Shown: positions 18,973 to 28,972, numbered from the stretch's first letter. The stretch: DNA of 64,000 nucleotides from Dyella mobilis (GCF_016904945.1 NZ_JADIKF010000038.1:228241-292240); one strand, 5' to 3'. Numbers and translations: made by a program. The notes: generated from the sequence alone by a model not told the origin.

Positions 18973-19848
18973 TCATGGGTTACGCAACCAAGCTCCAAAA
19001 AACCCGAGCACCCTCGCCCGATAATCGGCTCCGACATACCGGTACAAATCAACGTGCCTGGCACCGTGCACCACCCATAGCTGCTTGGGCTCCGCCGCCG
19101 CGCTGAACATGGCGCGCGATTCGGCGATGGTCGTGTCTCGATCGCGGTCGCCCACGATCAGCAGCTTGGGCATGGATAGACGGCCGATGTGGTCGATGGG
19201 GCGCAGCTGTTGCGCATCGATGCCCAGATGAGCATGCAAGGTCGCCAGCAGGAGCGGAGCGAACCACGGTCCGATGGGCCCCAGGTGGATGGCCAGCCTG
19301 TCTTCGGTTGCCTGTCGGATGGTGGGATAGACCTGTTCCAGTATCACCGCGTTTGCATCGACGTCGGGTTCGGCCAGTATCGTGGCGGCGCCGCCCATCG
19401 ATGTGCCGATGATGCCCACGCGCTCGCCGGGAAGCCGTTGATGGAGATAGCGCAGCGATGCCTTGACGTCTGCCGCTTCGCGATAGCCGAAGGTGATCGC
19501 CGTTCCGGGGCTTTCCCCCGCTGCCTGAAAGTCGATCAGCAGTACCGCATAACCCGCTTCGTGCAGGAATCTGGCACGGTCGATCATGGCGCGCCGATCT
19601 GCACGCACGCCGTGGAGCAGCAGCGCCGCACCTTGGCCTTTTTCGCCCGCGACAAACCAGCCGTGGATGGGCTGGCCTGCGGCATCCGGAAAAACGATGG
19701 TCTCGACGGGAAGGTCCGCTGGTGGTGCACCGACGGCATTTTGTGCTGGACGGATGAGCGACGAGCCGGCCAGCCACACGCCGACACAACCTAGTAGCGC
19801 AGCCAACGGAAAGAACAGCAACCACGATGCTGTCTTGGCGCGAATCAT
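18973..19848 (-). CDS. Membrane-anchored alpha/beta hydrolase
   Basis: N-terminal TM and a GTSMGG nucleophile elbow. ATGA overlap with the upstream small membrane protein gene; the ORF frame extends to 20145. Confidence 0.75.
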   Translation of the reverse strand: MIRAKTASWLLFFPLAALLGCVGVWLAGSSLIRPAQNAVGAPPADLPVETIVFPDAAGQPIHGWFVAGEKGQGAALLLHGVRADRRAMIDRARFLHEAGYAVLLIDFQAAGESPGTAITFGYREAADVKASLRYLHQRLPGERVGIIGTSMGGAATILAEPDVDANAVILEQVYPTIRQATEDRLAIHLGPIGPWFAPLLLATLHAHLGIDAQQLRPIDHIGRLSMPKLLIVGDRDRDTTIAESRAMFSAAAEPKQLWVVHGARHVDLYRYVGADYRARVLGFFGAWLRNP

Positions 19849-20096
19849 CAGTGCGTCAACCAGGTACCCAACACGTAACCAAGACCCACCAGCACACCAC
19901 TCAAAATCGCCGCGCGTTCCGTGGACAACTTCTTCTCTTCGCGAATGACCTGCGCCAGCGCGAGGCCGGCGGCGATACCCGCGGCCACGAACGGTCTGAA
20001 CGCACGTTCGTGAAAGAAAGACTCCACCAGCGTCAGCAGCCAAATCACCGCAAAACCTATGGCGAACGACACCAGGAACGATTTCAACATTTTCAT
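19848..20096 (-). CDS. Small membrane protein (2 TM)
   Basis: 82-aa hydrophobic ORF translationally coupled to the hydrolase. Confidence 0.5.
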   Translation of the reverse strand: MKMLKSFLVSFAIGFAVIWLLTLVESFFHERAFRPFVAAGIAAGLALAQVIREEKKLSTERAAILSGVLVGLGYVLGTWLTH

Positions 20097-20161
20097 CAGC
20101 AGATCCTTGCAAAGGGTTACTCCGGTGAATCCAGCCTGGATTCACCGGTACTCGAACACGC

Positions 20162-21928
20162 TCAATGTCCGCTTTCGGTCAAACCGAATTTGGCAGCCAT
20201 GATCTGGATTCGCGGATTGATCGCGCGAGCGGCAGCCATGTCGGCATGGCCTGCGTCCGCCTGGCCATTGCGCACTTCGGCCAGGCCAAGGCCGTAGCGC
20301 GACCAGGCCAAATGCGGATTCACTGCCAACCCCTGCTGGTAGGCCTTGATCGCATCGTCGTAGTGCCCCAGACGCAATTGCACCAAGCCGAGGCTGTCGA
20401 GATAGGCCGGCTTTTCGCCATCGCGCTTGATCGCCTTGCGGCAGTCGCTGAGCGCATCGTCGAGCTGCTGGTTGAGCTGGCCGCGCGCCCAGCAGCGCGC
20501 ATTGAGCGCGATGCCCAGCATGGCGTCGTTGCCGTGCGTGTGAATCCAGGCATCGAGCAAGGGGATCGCCGCATCGGGCTGGCCCAGTTCGATGTACACG
20601 TCGGCAATGATCAGCGACTGCCTCGAGTCGGGCGGCACCAAGCTGCTGGCGGTGGTCAGATCGATGGCCGCGCCGGCCGGATCCTTGTGCCGGACTCGCC
20701 ATTGCGCACGCGCCAGCAACGCATCGACGTTCTTCGGGTCCAGGCTCAACGCCTTGTTCAGATCGGCAAGTGCCGCATCGAACTGCCTGTCGGCACCAAG
20801 CGCCCTTGAGCGGGCAACGTAGTAGGCAGGCTGATCGGGCGCCATGCGAATCGCTTCGTTTAGATCGGCAATGGCTTCCTTCGGCTCCCCGCGAGACAGG
20901 TGCGCTTCGCCAGCCAGGTCGTAATCGCTCGCGGTCCTGGGCTTGGTATCATCACCGTCTGCGCCCGTTGCCGCATCGGCTTTGCCGGTGTCGCTCGGCG
21001 CCTGGGCACCAGCGAATACGCGTCCGCCGTTGTAGGTGAAATACATTTTGTGCTGGCTGTTGGCGATGAATACGCGATGGGCGAGCAGAAAATCCGCGCC
21101 GAGCAGCATGTCGGTGCCGATGTTGGTGAAGCTCCCATCCAACACCTCCATCTCGCTGTTGTGGATGGTTTCCGTGCCGACCGAAAACGCATCCACGTGC
21201 ACGATCCACGTCTTGACCACTTTGGAGCCAATGCCGTAGGTGCCGCTCACCTTCACACCCGGTGCGTTGAGGTCGAGACCGGCGCGCTCGGCCGCGTCGC
21301 GGCTTAGCATCGTGGCGTGCGCTCCCGAATCGATCAGCGCTCGCACTTTCTTGCCGTTGACCATCACGTCGACGAAGGTGCGCCGGTCGTTTTGATTATA
21401 GGAGTCTTCGGTGTTGGCCACCTGGTAACCGGTTTTCGTCCAGTACGCCATGGCCCATTTATCGCAATGCTCCGGCTTGAACAAAGTGACTTTGCCGTCG
21501 GCAAGATCGAGTTCCAGGTCGGCGATATCGAGCAGGTTGGCGCCGAGCAAGCCATAGCCGATATCCGTGCCGCCGACGATAAACTCGATGTCCTTGAGTG
21601 TCGTATTGAGGATGGTGAATTGCTGCGCTATCCCGATCTGCGCACTCGTAGAACCGCCAATGCCGCCGATGCGAAAGCCGAAAGGCGCAGCCCGCAGCTT
21701 GAGCCCCAGCGATTGCGCGTTGGCTTTGGACATGCTGCTGAAGAATGCGCCGGTATCGACCAGGAGGCGCGCGTCCTGTCCGTTGATCTTCACCGCGGTG
21801 ACGGCCTGGCCGCCAATCATTTCCACCGACAACGTACCGAAGTCTTTTACCTGGCAGGTACTACTCGCCCAAGCCTGGCCGGCAAGCAAGCAACCGACAA
21901 CCACGCAACCAACGCGAACCATCCCCAT
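20162..21928 (-). CDS. Secreted protein with two retropepsin-like aspartic protease domains plus C-terminal TPR repeats
   Basis: Signal peptide, two D-T/S-G-A motifs (LLVDTGAFF, LIDSGAHAT) in repeated halves, and a TPR-like C-terminal half. Confidence 0.65.
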   Translation of the reverse strand: MGMVRVGCVVVGCLLAGQAWASSTCQVKDFGTLSVEMIGGQAVTAVKINGQDARLLVDTGAFFSSMSKANAQSLGLKLRAAPFGFRIGGIGGSTSAQIGIAQQFTILNTTLKDIEFIVGGTDIGYGLLGANLLDIADLELDLADGKVTLFKPEHCDKWAMAYWTKTGYQVANTEDSYNQNDRRTFVDVMVNGKKVRALIDSGAHATMLSRDAAERAGLDLNAPGVKVSGTYGIGSKVVKTWIVHVDAFSVGTETIHNSEMEVLDGSFTNIGTDMLLGADFLLAHRVFIANSQHKMYFTYNGGRVFAGAQAPSDTGKADAATGADGDDTKPRTASDYDLAGEAHLSRGEPKEAIADLNEAIRMAPDQPAYYVARSRALGADRQFDAALADLNKALSLDPKNVDALLARAQWRVRHKDPAGAAIDLTTASSLVPPDSRQSLIIADVYIELGQPDAAIPLLDAWIHTHGNDAMLGIALNARCWARGQLNQQLDDALSDCRKAIKRDGEKPAYLDSLGLVQLRLGHYDDAIKAYQQGLAVNPHLAWSRYGLGLAEVRNGQADAGHADMAAARAINPRIQIMAAKFGLTESGH

Positions 21929-22346
21929 TCCCCTAACTCCCTGTGTGCCATTGCGGCAGGACGCAAGCCTAGCAGGCGGTTGGCGGCTCGCCCAGCGCGG
22001 CAAGGCCGTGCGAATTTTCGATCGCCGTAAAGCGCCATCGCGATGACGAACGAGACGATGGGGCCGGATTCAAGCGCACGGATTCGGTCCTGCTCGGCGG
22101 CGAACCGGTCGGCGCGCGCCCGACATAGAAAGGCCCCCTTGCGGGGGCCACGAGCTTCACTTTGTTGGGGGCGTGAAGCTCAAAGGGGGTTACACCGGAA
22201 GCACAGAGGTTTGGCCCCCGGCTTGGCTAGATTGCGCCTGATGTCCACGTCGGGAAATCAGGGGCGACCCCGATGCTTTGTAGGGTTAGGACTACATACG
22301 GCATCCAAGCGAAAACCTGCCGCGACAGCGAGTCCGCGTTGCGTCA

Positions 22347-23507
22347 TTAATGGCGGGCGTCCAGGTAACCGATCTTGGTGCTCACCGGCGCAAACACTCC
22401 GGCTTCGGTAAACCACAGCCGATCGGTTTTCCGGTCGAGCACGATGTTGTAGTAGCCGCTGTCGGGCGAGGGAATGGCGTATTCGGTGAAGCGCGCGGTC
22501 CAGGGGTCCAGGCGGCCGAGCAGCCCTTTGTCCTCCTCGAACCAGAGCTGCCCGCGGCGATCCACGCGCATGTCTTCGGCCTCGGCATCGGCGGTCGGGA
22601 TGGGGTACTCGGTCCATCCCTGGCTGCGCGATGGCTGGGCAGTATTCGCGCTGGGGCTGACCGGTGTGTCGGTGCCTTGCGCGGGTCCGCTGACGGCGGG
22701 TGATATCGATGCCACCTGCGGGCTGGATGGCAGCCGGTTCGGCACGGCCACTGCATCGCTGTGTGCGGCCAGTGCGGGGATGAGCAAGGCGATGGCGTTG
22801 GCGTAATACTCCGACACCCACACGGTGCCATCGGCGTTCGCCAGCACGCCAGCGGGATTGCCGCCAAAGGTCGGCACCTGGTACGTGCTGATGACATTGG
22901 TGCGCGGATTGAGGCGGCGCACGTCGTTGGTACCCGCCGCGCCGCCGCCGTCGAAATTGCGCTCGGCGAACCAGACGTTGCCGAACGGATCCAGGCTCAG
23001 CTGCTCGATGTTGTCGTCGTCGTGCTCCAGCGTGACGGACCACTCGGTGATCGTGCCACCCGGCGAGAGACGCCCAACACCGGCGGTTTCGGAAAACCAT
23101 TTGCTGCCGTCGGCTGCGATCTGGATAAAGAACGGCGATGCGCCGGAGGGAATGGCGTATTCCACCACCTTGCCGCTTTTCGGATCGAGATGGCCGATGG
23201 CCTTGGTGGCGCTGTCGGTAAACCAGATGCCGTCTGCACCCGCTTTGAGGATGAACGGCTGGCCGCCGTTGGGCAGCGGGAATTCCCTGGAGGTTTTATC
23301 CGGATGCAGCACGGCGATTTTCCCCGCTGCGGTTTCGGAGTACCACACGCTGCCGTCGCGGGCGATATCCACGCCCTGCGGAGAACTGGCCTGGGTGGGT
23401 GTCGCGTATTCGCTGATCACCGCTTGGTGCGCGGCGGACTGGGCCGGTGCGGCGCATGGCGCTGCGCTCGCCGCGATCGGTATGGCCAAATACAGAATGC
23501 GTTTCAT
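22347..23507 (-). CDS. Vgb-family (streptogramin-B-lyase-like) beta-propeller protein, secreted
   Basis: Signal peptide MKRILYLAIPIAASAAP and repeated WFTE/WFSE/WVSE blade motifs. Confidence 0.6.
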   Translation of the reverse strand: MKRILYLAIPIAASAAPCAAPAQSAAHQAVISEYATPTQASSPQGVDIARDGSVWYSETAAGKIAVLHPDKTSREFPLPNGGQPFILKAGADGIWFTDSATKAIGHLDPKSGKVVEYAIPSGASPFFIQIAADGSKWFSETAGVGRLSPGGTITEWSVTLEHDDDNIEQLSLDPFGNVWFAERNFDGGGAAGTNDVRRLNPRTNVISTYQVPTFGGNPAGVLANADGTVWVSEYYANAIALLIPALAAHSDAVAVPNRLPSSPQVASISPAVSGPAQGTDTPVSPSANTAQPSRSQGWTEYPIPTADAEAEDMRVDRRGQLWFEEDKGLLGRLDPWTARFTEYAIPSPDSGYYNIVLDRKTDRLWFTEAGVFAPVSTKIGYLDARH

Positions 23508-23719
23508 CACAAACCTCCCTATGCATGATGGTGCGGATACTGCAACGGTGCGGGCGTGGCCCGGGATCGCGCGGAACGCTACACGCGGCAGGGTCAGGGA
23601 GGAGTGAAGGTGAGGGCGAAAAAAAACGGCACGCTGTTCCTGCTCAGCGTGCCGAAAACGACGCACTGCTCTCACTCAATGCGCCAAATGGCTGCATCAC
23701 ACGGACACGGGTGGTTTAT

Positions 23720-24058
23720 CTATCCACCCTGCTCCGGTGCGAGCGCATTGACGTAGTGATGCAGGAAGTTCAAGGCGGTCGTCAGGCCGGCGAGCTGCAC
23801 GGGATTCAATGGCAGCAGTCCGCTTTTCGCGCCACATGCGCCACGTTTCACGAAGGCACGATGCGAATCGCGCATGCCTTCGAGCACCGCGACGGCTACC
23901 GCGATGTCGGCGACTTGGGCAACCTGGGCTTGACGACTTTCCTCATCCGAACCCCGCGTGGGGGGCTTGCCGTCGTTCGATGAGGTGGATTTAGATTTTG
24001 GTTCGTTGCAAACCAAATGCGGCACGCGTGCCGTATGATCCTTAGAGGCCATGAGCAA
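23720..24058 (-). CDS. Hypothetical protein
   Basis: 112-aa ORF with no motif. Confidence 0.35.
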   Translation of the reverse strand: MLMASKDHTARVPHLVCNEPKSKSTSSNDGKPPTRGSDEESRQAQVAQVADIAVAVAVLEGMRDSHRAFVKRGACGAKSGLLPLNPVQLAGLTTALNFLHHYVNALAPEQGG

Positions 24059-24375
24059 CAGTCCTACCTATGTTGTTGTTTGTGGTTTAGCGGGTCGTGG
24101 GAGTGTCCGCTCTCACGATCCGCGCTTTCCATACATCGCTGTATGGGTCATCGGCGGGCTGGTTAAGCGCAGCACGCCGATGACAAAGACACACTAATGA
24201 GTTGCATGGCGCATCCATGTAGGGTTTGGATGGCGTTTATCGTCAGCGATGCGCTTGCTTGCAGGCGATCGCGCAACCTCATCGCACAATGACTTCTGGC
24301 AGGGAATGACCTGCGCCACTGTATGATGCCGACCGGCAGCTACCAAACTGCCGTCACATCTACGGGGGATCATCG

Positions 24376-25326
24376 ATGTTTGTTTCTGGCCAGAAGGTCG
24401 CTTTTTCCATTCCCGCCGGGGCGAAGCCTTGGCAGCGCTGGTTGTTGTATTCGTCGATAGCGCGCTTGCTGATATTTATTGCGCTGTTCATTCCCGGGGT
24501 CATCGCCATAACCCACGCCATGCATGCGTTGGGGTGGACACATACAGCCGGTCCCTTGCGCGCCGGGCTGGGGCAGCTGTTTGGACGTATCGTGCCGGCG
24601 CTGGTCGCGTATTTGCTGCTGACCTATTTCGTGGAACGACGCAGGCCTGCCGAACTGTTCTCGCGCAACGCGCCTTCCCGCGCCTTGACCGGACTGCTGG
24701 TGGGCACAGTGTTGTTCAGCGCCGTTGTCGGGGTGATGTGGCTGCTGGGCAGCTACCACGTAACCAGCTTCAATCCGGGCGCCAATTGGGTGACGGCGCT
24801 GCTGATGGTGGGCTTTGGCGCCGGTATCGGCGAAGAGATCATGTTCCGCGGTGCGCTGTTCCGCATCCTGGAAGAAGGCTTTGGCAGCTGGGCGGCGTTG
24901 TTCGTCTCGGCGCTGTTCTTTGGCTGGGCGCACATCAGCAATCCCGGCGCAACGGTGTGGAGTTCGCTCGCCATCACCATCGAAGCCGGCCTGCTGTTCG
25001 GCCTGCTTTATGTGGTGACCCGCTCGCTGCCGCTGTGCATGGGCGTGCATGCCGCGTGGAATTTCTGCCAGGGCACGGTGTACGGCATTCCGGTATCTGG
25101 CACGTCGGCTGACGGTTGGCTGGTGTCCACCCGTACGGGACCCGATTGGCTTACCGGCGGTGCGTTCGGTGCCGAGGCGTCGGTGATCGCGCTGTCGCTT
25201 TGCACGCTGGTTACGCTGGCGCTGCTCGCCGTTGCGTTCAAGCGCGGCTGCATCGTTTCGCCGGCTTGGGTGCGGCGTAGGCAGTCCGTGGCAGCGATGG
25301 GTGGCGTGAGTACGGCTGAGTTGTGA
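24376..25326 (+). CDS. CPBP family intramembrane glutamic endopeptidase (CAAX protease-like)
   Basis: EEIMFRG and FGWAH motifs with multiple TM segments. Confidence 0.8.
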   Translation: MFVSGQKVAFSIPAGAKPWQRWLLYSSIARLLIFIALFIPGVIAITHAMHALGWTHTAGPLRAGLGQLFGRIVPALVAYLLLTYFVERRRPAELFSRNAPSRALTGLLVGTVLFSAVVGVMWLLGSYHVTSFNPGANWVTALLMVGFGAGIGEEIMFRGALFRILEEGFGSWAALFVSALFFGWAHISNPGATVWSSLAITIEAGLLFGLLYVVTRSLPLCMGVHAAWNFCQGTVYGIPVSGTSADGWLVSTRTGPDWLTGGAFGAEASVIALSLCTLVTLALLAVAFKRGCIVSPAWVRRRQSVAAMGGVSTAEL

Positions 25327-25680
25327 CCCAGCACGTAGGCTGGGTTAGCGCAGCGTAACCCAGCGATACCGTGCGGCTGTGTTGGGTTATCCCCGGATCA
25401 AGTCCGGGGTAACTCAACCTACCTGGCGATTCTTCGAAGACTTTGCGCGCCACCTCAATCGCCGTGTTGGCGCAAGGCTAGCCCGCATAGAACGCTACGT
25501 GCGTGCGATTGAGTTACGACCCAGCACGTAGGCTGGGTTAGCGTAGCGTAACCCGGCGATGCCGTTGGGTTACGCTGCGCTAACCCAACCTACTTGGCGA
25601 TTCTTCGAAGACTTTGCGCGCCGCCTCGATGGCGGTGTTGGCGCAAGGCCAACCCGCATAGAACGCAACGTGCGTGATCA
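25326..25680. repeat. REP-like elements with tandem ~170-bp duplication including the 3' end of the CMD gene
   Basis: REP pairs at ~25326-25415 and ~25509-25595. A ~91-bp segment, the CMD gene 3' end (aacctac(c/t)tggcgattcttcgaagactttgcgcgcc…), is present at ~25416-25506 and again at ~25586-25676 at ~90% identity. Confidence 0.7.
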
Positions 25681-25915
25681 GCTCGATCAGCTCTTCACGC
25701 GTCACGCCGTTCTGCTGCGCAAACTTCAAATGAAACGGCAGCTCGTTGTGGCGGTAGAGCGCGACAAGGGTGGCAACGGTGATCAGGCTGCGGTCGCGCT
25801 TGGGCAGTTCGCCGCGCTCCCACACCTGGCCGAACAGCACCTGGCGGGTGTAGTCGTTGAGTGCGGGGGCGATATCCGCATAGGGACCTGCATTGGCGGG
25901 CGTTTCGTTGCTCAT
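25580..25915 (-). CDS. Carboxymuconolactone decarboxylase family protein
   Basis: 111 aa with a CMD core (…[15 protein letters not shown]…). ATGA overlap with the upstream cupin gene. Confidence 0.7.
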   Translation of the reverse strand: MSNETPANAGPYADIAPALNDYTRQVLFGQVWERGELPKRDRSLITVATLVALYRHNELPFHLKFAQQNGVTREELIELITHVAFYAGWPCANTAIEAARKVFEESPSRLG

Positions 25916-26325
25916 CACGATGCTCCGTTTCCGGCCAGATATTGTTCGTCGGTGACGTGTTCCATCCATTCCACGGCCTTGCCGTCGAGGTATTCCTGCA
26001 CGGCGATGTGGGTCATGGCGGTGGTGGCGGTGGCGCCATGCCAGTGGCGATGGCCGGGTGGGCACCAGATCACGTCGCCTGCGCGGATCACTTGCACCGG
26101 CTCGCCTTCGCATTGCGTCCAGCCGCAACCGGCGGTGACGATCAAAATCTGGCCGAGCGGATGGGTGTGCCAGGCAGAACGCGCGCCAGGCTCGAACGTG
26201 ACGCTGGCGCACCCGACACGCGCCGGAGCCGGAGCGTTGAAGTAGGGATCGACTCGTACATCGCCGGTGAAAAAGTCGGCCGACCCTTTGGCCGATGCCT
26301 GCGTACCGCCGCGAATGAGGTGCAT
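25915..26325 (-). CDS. Cupin domain protein
   Basis: Cupin His cluster (…[13 protein letters not shown]…GHRHWHGA…). Confidence 0.7.
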   Translation of the reverse strand: MHLIRGGTQASAKGSADFFTGDVRVDPYFNAPAPARVGCASVTFEPGARSAWHTHPLGQILIVTAGCGWTQCEGEPVQVIRAGDVIWCPPGHRHWHGATATTAMTHIAVQEYLDGKAVEWMEHVTDEQYLAGNGAS

Positions 26326-26421
26326 GAGCGCGCGCTCCAGAGGATGGGATGACGCTAGTCTGGACCCGCCGGCGTCTATTGATTAGACGGAAATATCGGA
26401 TTAAACATATAACCTGTATTT

Positions 26422-27333
26422 ATGAATAGGGTTGCGGCCATGGCCCGCCGGAATCTCAACGACCTGCTCGCTTTCACCGCCGTGGCGCGCTTGCGCAGCT
26501 TTACCCGCGCGGCGGCCGAGCTGGGCGTCAGCCAACCCGCCTTGAGCCAGACCGTCCGCAACCTGGAAGCGCGGCTGGGCGTGCGCCTGCTTACCCGCAG
26601 CACGCGCAGCGTGTCGCTTACCGACGCGGGCGAGCGCCTGCTTGACAGCATCGGCGGTCGCCTGGATGAGATCGAACGCGAACTCGATGCACTGAGCGCG
26701 CTGCGCGACAAACCCGCCGGTACCGTCCGCATCACCACCGGTGAGCACGCGCTGGCCACCATCCTGTGGCCGAAACTGCGACCACTGCTGCGCAAGTATC
26801 CGGACATCCAGGTGGAGTTCGACGTCAGCTATAGCCTGAAGGACATCGTTGCCGAACGCTTCGATGCCGGCGTGCGCATGGGCGAGCAGATCGAAAAGGA
26901 CATGATCGCCGTGCCGATCGGGCCGCGCATGCGCATGGCGGCGGTGGCGGCACCCGCCTATTTCGCGCAGCGAAGCCGGCCGAAAAAGCCGCAGGAGCTG
27001 GCCGAGCACCGTTGCATCAATCTGCGCCTGCCTACCTACGGCGGATGGTATGCGTGGGAGTTCGCGCGGCACGGCCGCGACGTGCACGTCCGGGTGCACG
27101 GGCAACTGGCGTTCAGCACGGCGCCGCACGTGTTGAGTGCGGCGCTCGACGGTTTCGGCGTGGCCTATGTTCCGGAAGACATGGTGCTGGCTCACATCAA
27201 GGCCGGCCGGCTGGTGCGCGTACTGGAAGACTGGTGCCCGCCGTTTCCTGGCTATCACCTGTATTACCCGAGCCGGCGGCAGCATTCGCCGGCGTTTGCG
27301 TTGCTGGTGGATGCGTTGCGTTACGGGGCCTGA
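26422..27333 (+). CDS. LysR family transcriptional regulator
   Basis: N-terminal HTH (LLAFTAVARLRSFTRAAAELGVSQPALSQTVRNLE) and a LysR substrate domain. Divergent from the cupin/CMD operon. Confidence 0.85.
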   Translation: MNRVAAMARRNLNDLLAFTAVARLRSFTRAAAELGVSQPALSQTVRNLEARLGVRLLTRSTRSVSLTDAGERLLDSIGGRLDEIERELDALSALRDKPAGTVRITTGEHALATILWPKLRPLLRKYPDIQVEFDVSYSLKDIVAERFDAGVRMGEQIEKDMIAVPIGPRMRMAAVAAPAYFAQRSRPKKPQELAEHRCINLRLPTYGGWYAWEFARHGRDVHVRVHGQLAFSTAPHVLSAALDGFGVAYVPEDMVLAHIKAGRLVRVLEDWCPPFPGYHLYYPSRRQHSPAFALLVDALRYGA

Positions 27334-27351
27334 TCAGTCGGCGCCAGATTA

Positions 27352-27379
27352 TCCCTCCCTTGCTGTCGCAAGGGAGGGA
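27352..27379. terminator. Stem-loop between convergent LysR and CBM genes (likely bidirectional terminator)
   Basis: tccctccctt-gctgtcgc-aagggaggga: a 10-bp perfect stem. Confidence 0.5.
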
Positions 27380-27406
27380 GAGGTTGCTGCGGTTTGATGG
27401 TTCGCG

Positions 27407-28972
27407 TCAGAGTTGCGAGTTGGTCGTCGCGTCGAATTGCGTACCCAGGTTGGTTTCCAGATTGCCGATGGCATTTTCCAGCACGCTGAAGACTTTCGCG
27501 CGGTCGCCTGCGTTGCTCAGGTCCAGCGTATCGGTAGTGGCGACGTTCGCCTGCGTCAGCGCCGTGTTGAATGCCGTCTGCGCCTGTGCCGCGGAGATGT
27601 AGGCATAGCTGCCGGAGTTGTTTACGTAGGCCAACGTCTGGAACACGTTGGAGAAAACGTTTTCCAACGACGTGACAGGAAAGGCGACGTGATTGGCCGG
27701 CGTCACCACGGTGGTCAGGCTGGTGGTGGGAATCGGATTGTCGTAGAGCTGATCCAGGTAATAGTGCACCTGGTAGGGGTATTGCTGATAGGTGTTGTTG
27801 CTGCCCCAGATCGAGCTGTACGAATTCACCGATGCAACCGTGGATGCGTTCGCGGTGGCGCCAAGCGTGCTGTAGCTGCCGACCAGGCCGCCGTAGTAGC
27901 CCTGGTTGTAGGCCACGTTCAACAGCACGTCGAGGAAGTTGTTCGGCAAGCTCTTGAAGTTGGTCAACGCGTTGTCGTACGCCGGCTGCCACGGCGTGAC
28001 CCAGCCATCGGGTCCGGTACCGGTGACGATCAACGACACGAAGTCGTTGTAGTGGAAGTAGGCCGTCAACATCGGCCCGTAATACTTGTTGTTGAACGAA
28101 GGCGGCGTCGGCTGGCTGTATTGCGTCGCCGCATTGGCCATGGTGTAGCCGATGTTCTTCTGCAACGCGACGTAGTTGATCAACGAATGGCCGGCTGGTG
28201 TGTACGAGCCGGACACCATGTCCACGGCGTAATTGTTGATCTGGTACGGGCCACCCTGCCCGGCACCCATCACTGCTTGCTGATCGGGCGAAGGATCAAT
28301 CAGATCGCTGCTGTCGAGGTAATACTCGGTAGCAATGTTTTCCTGCAGCAGCTGGCCCATGATCGAGCCGTACAGGTAGTCCTTGTCGAACTGCATGCCC
28401 GGATAGTATTCCTGCACCAGATGGCCATACATCACGCCGGCGATCACGTTGGACATGATGAGGTCGGTGTAGTTGTCGCCCGCCAGCTGGATCTGATCCT
28501 GCGCCGAGCCTGCGCCTAGCAGCAGGTGGAAGTTGACTGTGCCGGTGGTGATGACGGGCGACGGCGTGGGCGTTGGTGTTGGGGTCGGCGCTGGAGTCGG
28601 GGTGGGAACCGGCGTTGGTGTGGGAGTGGGAGTCGGCGTGGGCGCAGGGGTCGGTGTCGGTGTTGGCGTCGGCGATGATCCGCACGCTCCCTGCGACGTC
28701 CACGGTTGACCGCTGCCGGCGCCACCGTTGCTGGTGGCCGGGTCGTTGCCCTGGGTCCACCAGTTCGCCTGGTAATTGATGCCACTTTCGCTGGCGACAT
28801 CGCCCGCGGTGTAGATCGCGGTGGCGCTCCACGCCGCTGCGCACGAGGTCTCCGCATGCACGGCCTGCACCGGCACCGCCGTCAGCACGGCGGTGGAAAG
28901 CACGGCGCCTATCGCGCCGCTCAAGGAACTGAAGGTAAGCGCGGACCACTTCGTCAACTTCGATGTATGCAT
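27407..28972 (-). CDS. Secreted protein: CBM5/12 chitin-binding domain, Pro-Thr linker, large uncharacterised C-terminal domain
   Basis: Signal peptide, CBM5_12 signature ([33 protein letters not shown]), (TP)n linker and a ~380-aa C-terminal domain with no assignable family. Confidence 0.65.
   Translation of the reverse strand: MHTSKLTKWSALTFSSLSGAIGAVLSTAVLTAVPVQAVHAETSCAAAWSATAIYTAGDVASESGINYQANWWTQGNDPATSNGGAGSGQPWTSQGACGSSPTPTPTPTPAPTPTPTPTPTPVPTPTPAPTPTPTPTPSPVITTGTVNFHLLLGAGSAQDQIQLAGDNYTDLIMSNVIAGVMYGHLVQEYYPGMQFDKDYLYGSIMGQLLQENIATEYYLDSSDLIDPSPDQQAVMGAGQGGPYQINNYAVDMVSGSYTPAGHSLINYVALQKNIGYTMANAATQYSQPTPPSFNNKYYGPMLTAYFHYNDFVSLIVTGTGPDGWVTPWQPAYDNALTNFKSLPNNFLDVLLNVAYNQGYYGGLVGSYSTLGATANASTVASVNSYSSIWGSNNTYQQYPYQVHYYLDQLYDNPIPTTSLTTVVTPANHVAFPVTSLENVFSNVFQTLAYVNNSGSYAYISAAQAQTAFNTALTQANVATTDTLDLSNAGDRAKVFSVLENAIGNLETNLGTQFDATTNSQL
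28561..28676 (-). repeat. Coding low-complexity tandem repeat (Pro-Thr linker)
   Basis: (GGN GTN)n run on the plus strand encoding [35 protein letters not shown]. Confidence 0.8.

Noticed and set aside
22142-22219. 7-8-bp acceptor-stem-like pairing GGGGGCCA…TGGCCCCC suggesting a tRNA
   Set aside because: The internal arms do not fit tRNA geometry (8-bp stem with a 12-nt loop, no T-loop). It is kept only as a structured-RNA candidate.
28561-28676. Short-period DNA repeat that could be mistaken for a CRISPR or VNTR locus
   Set aside because: It is the in-frame (GGN GTN)n coding repeat for the Pro-Thr linker of the CBM protein, with no spacer/repeat architecture.
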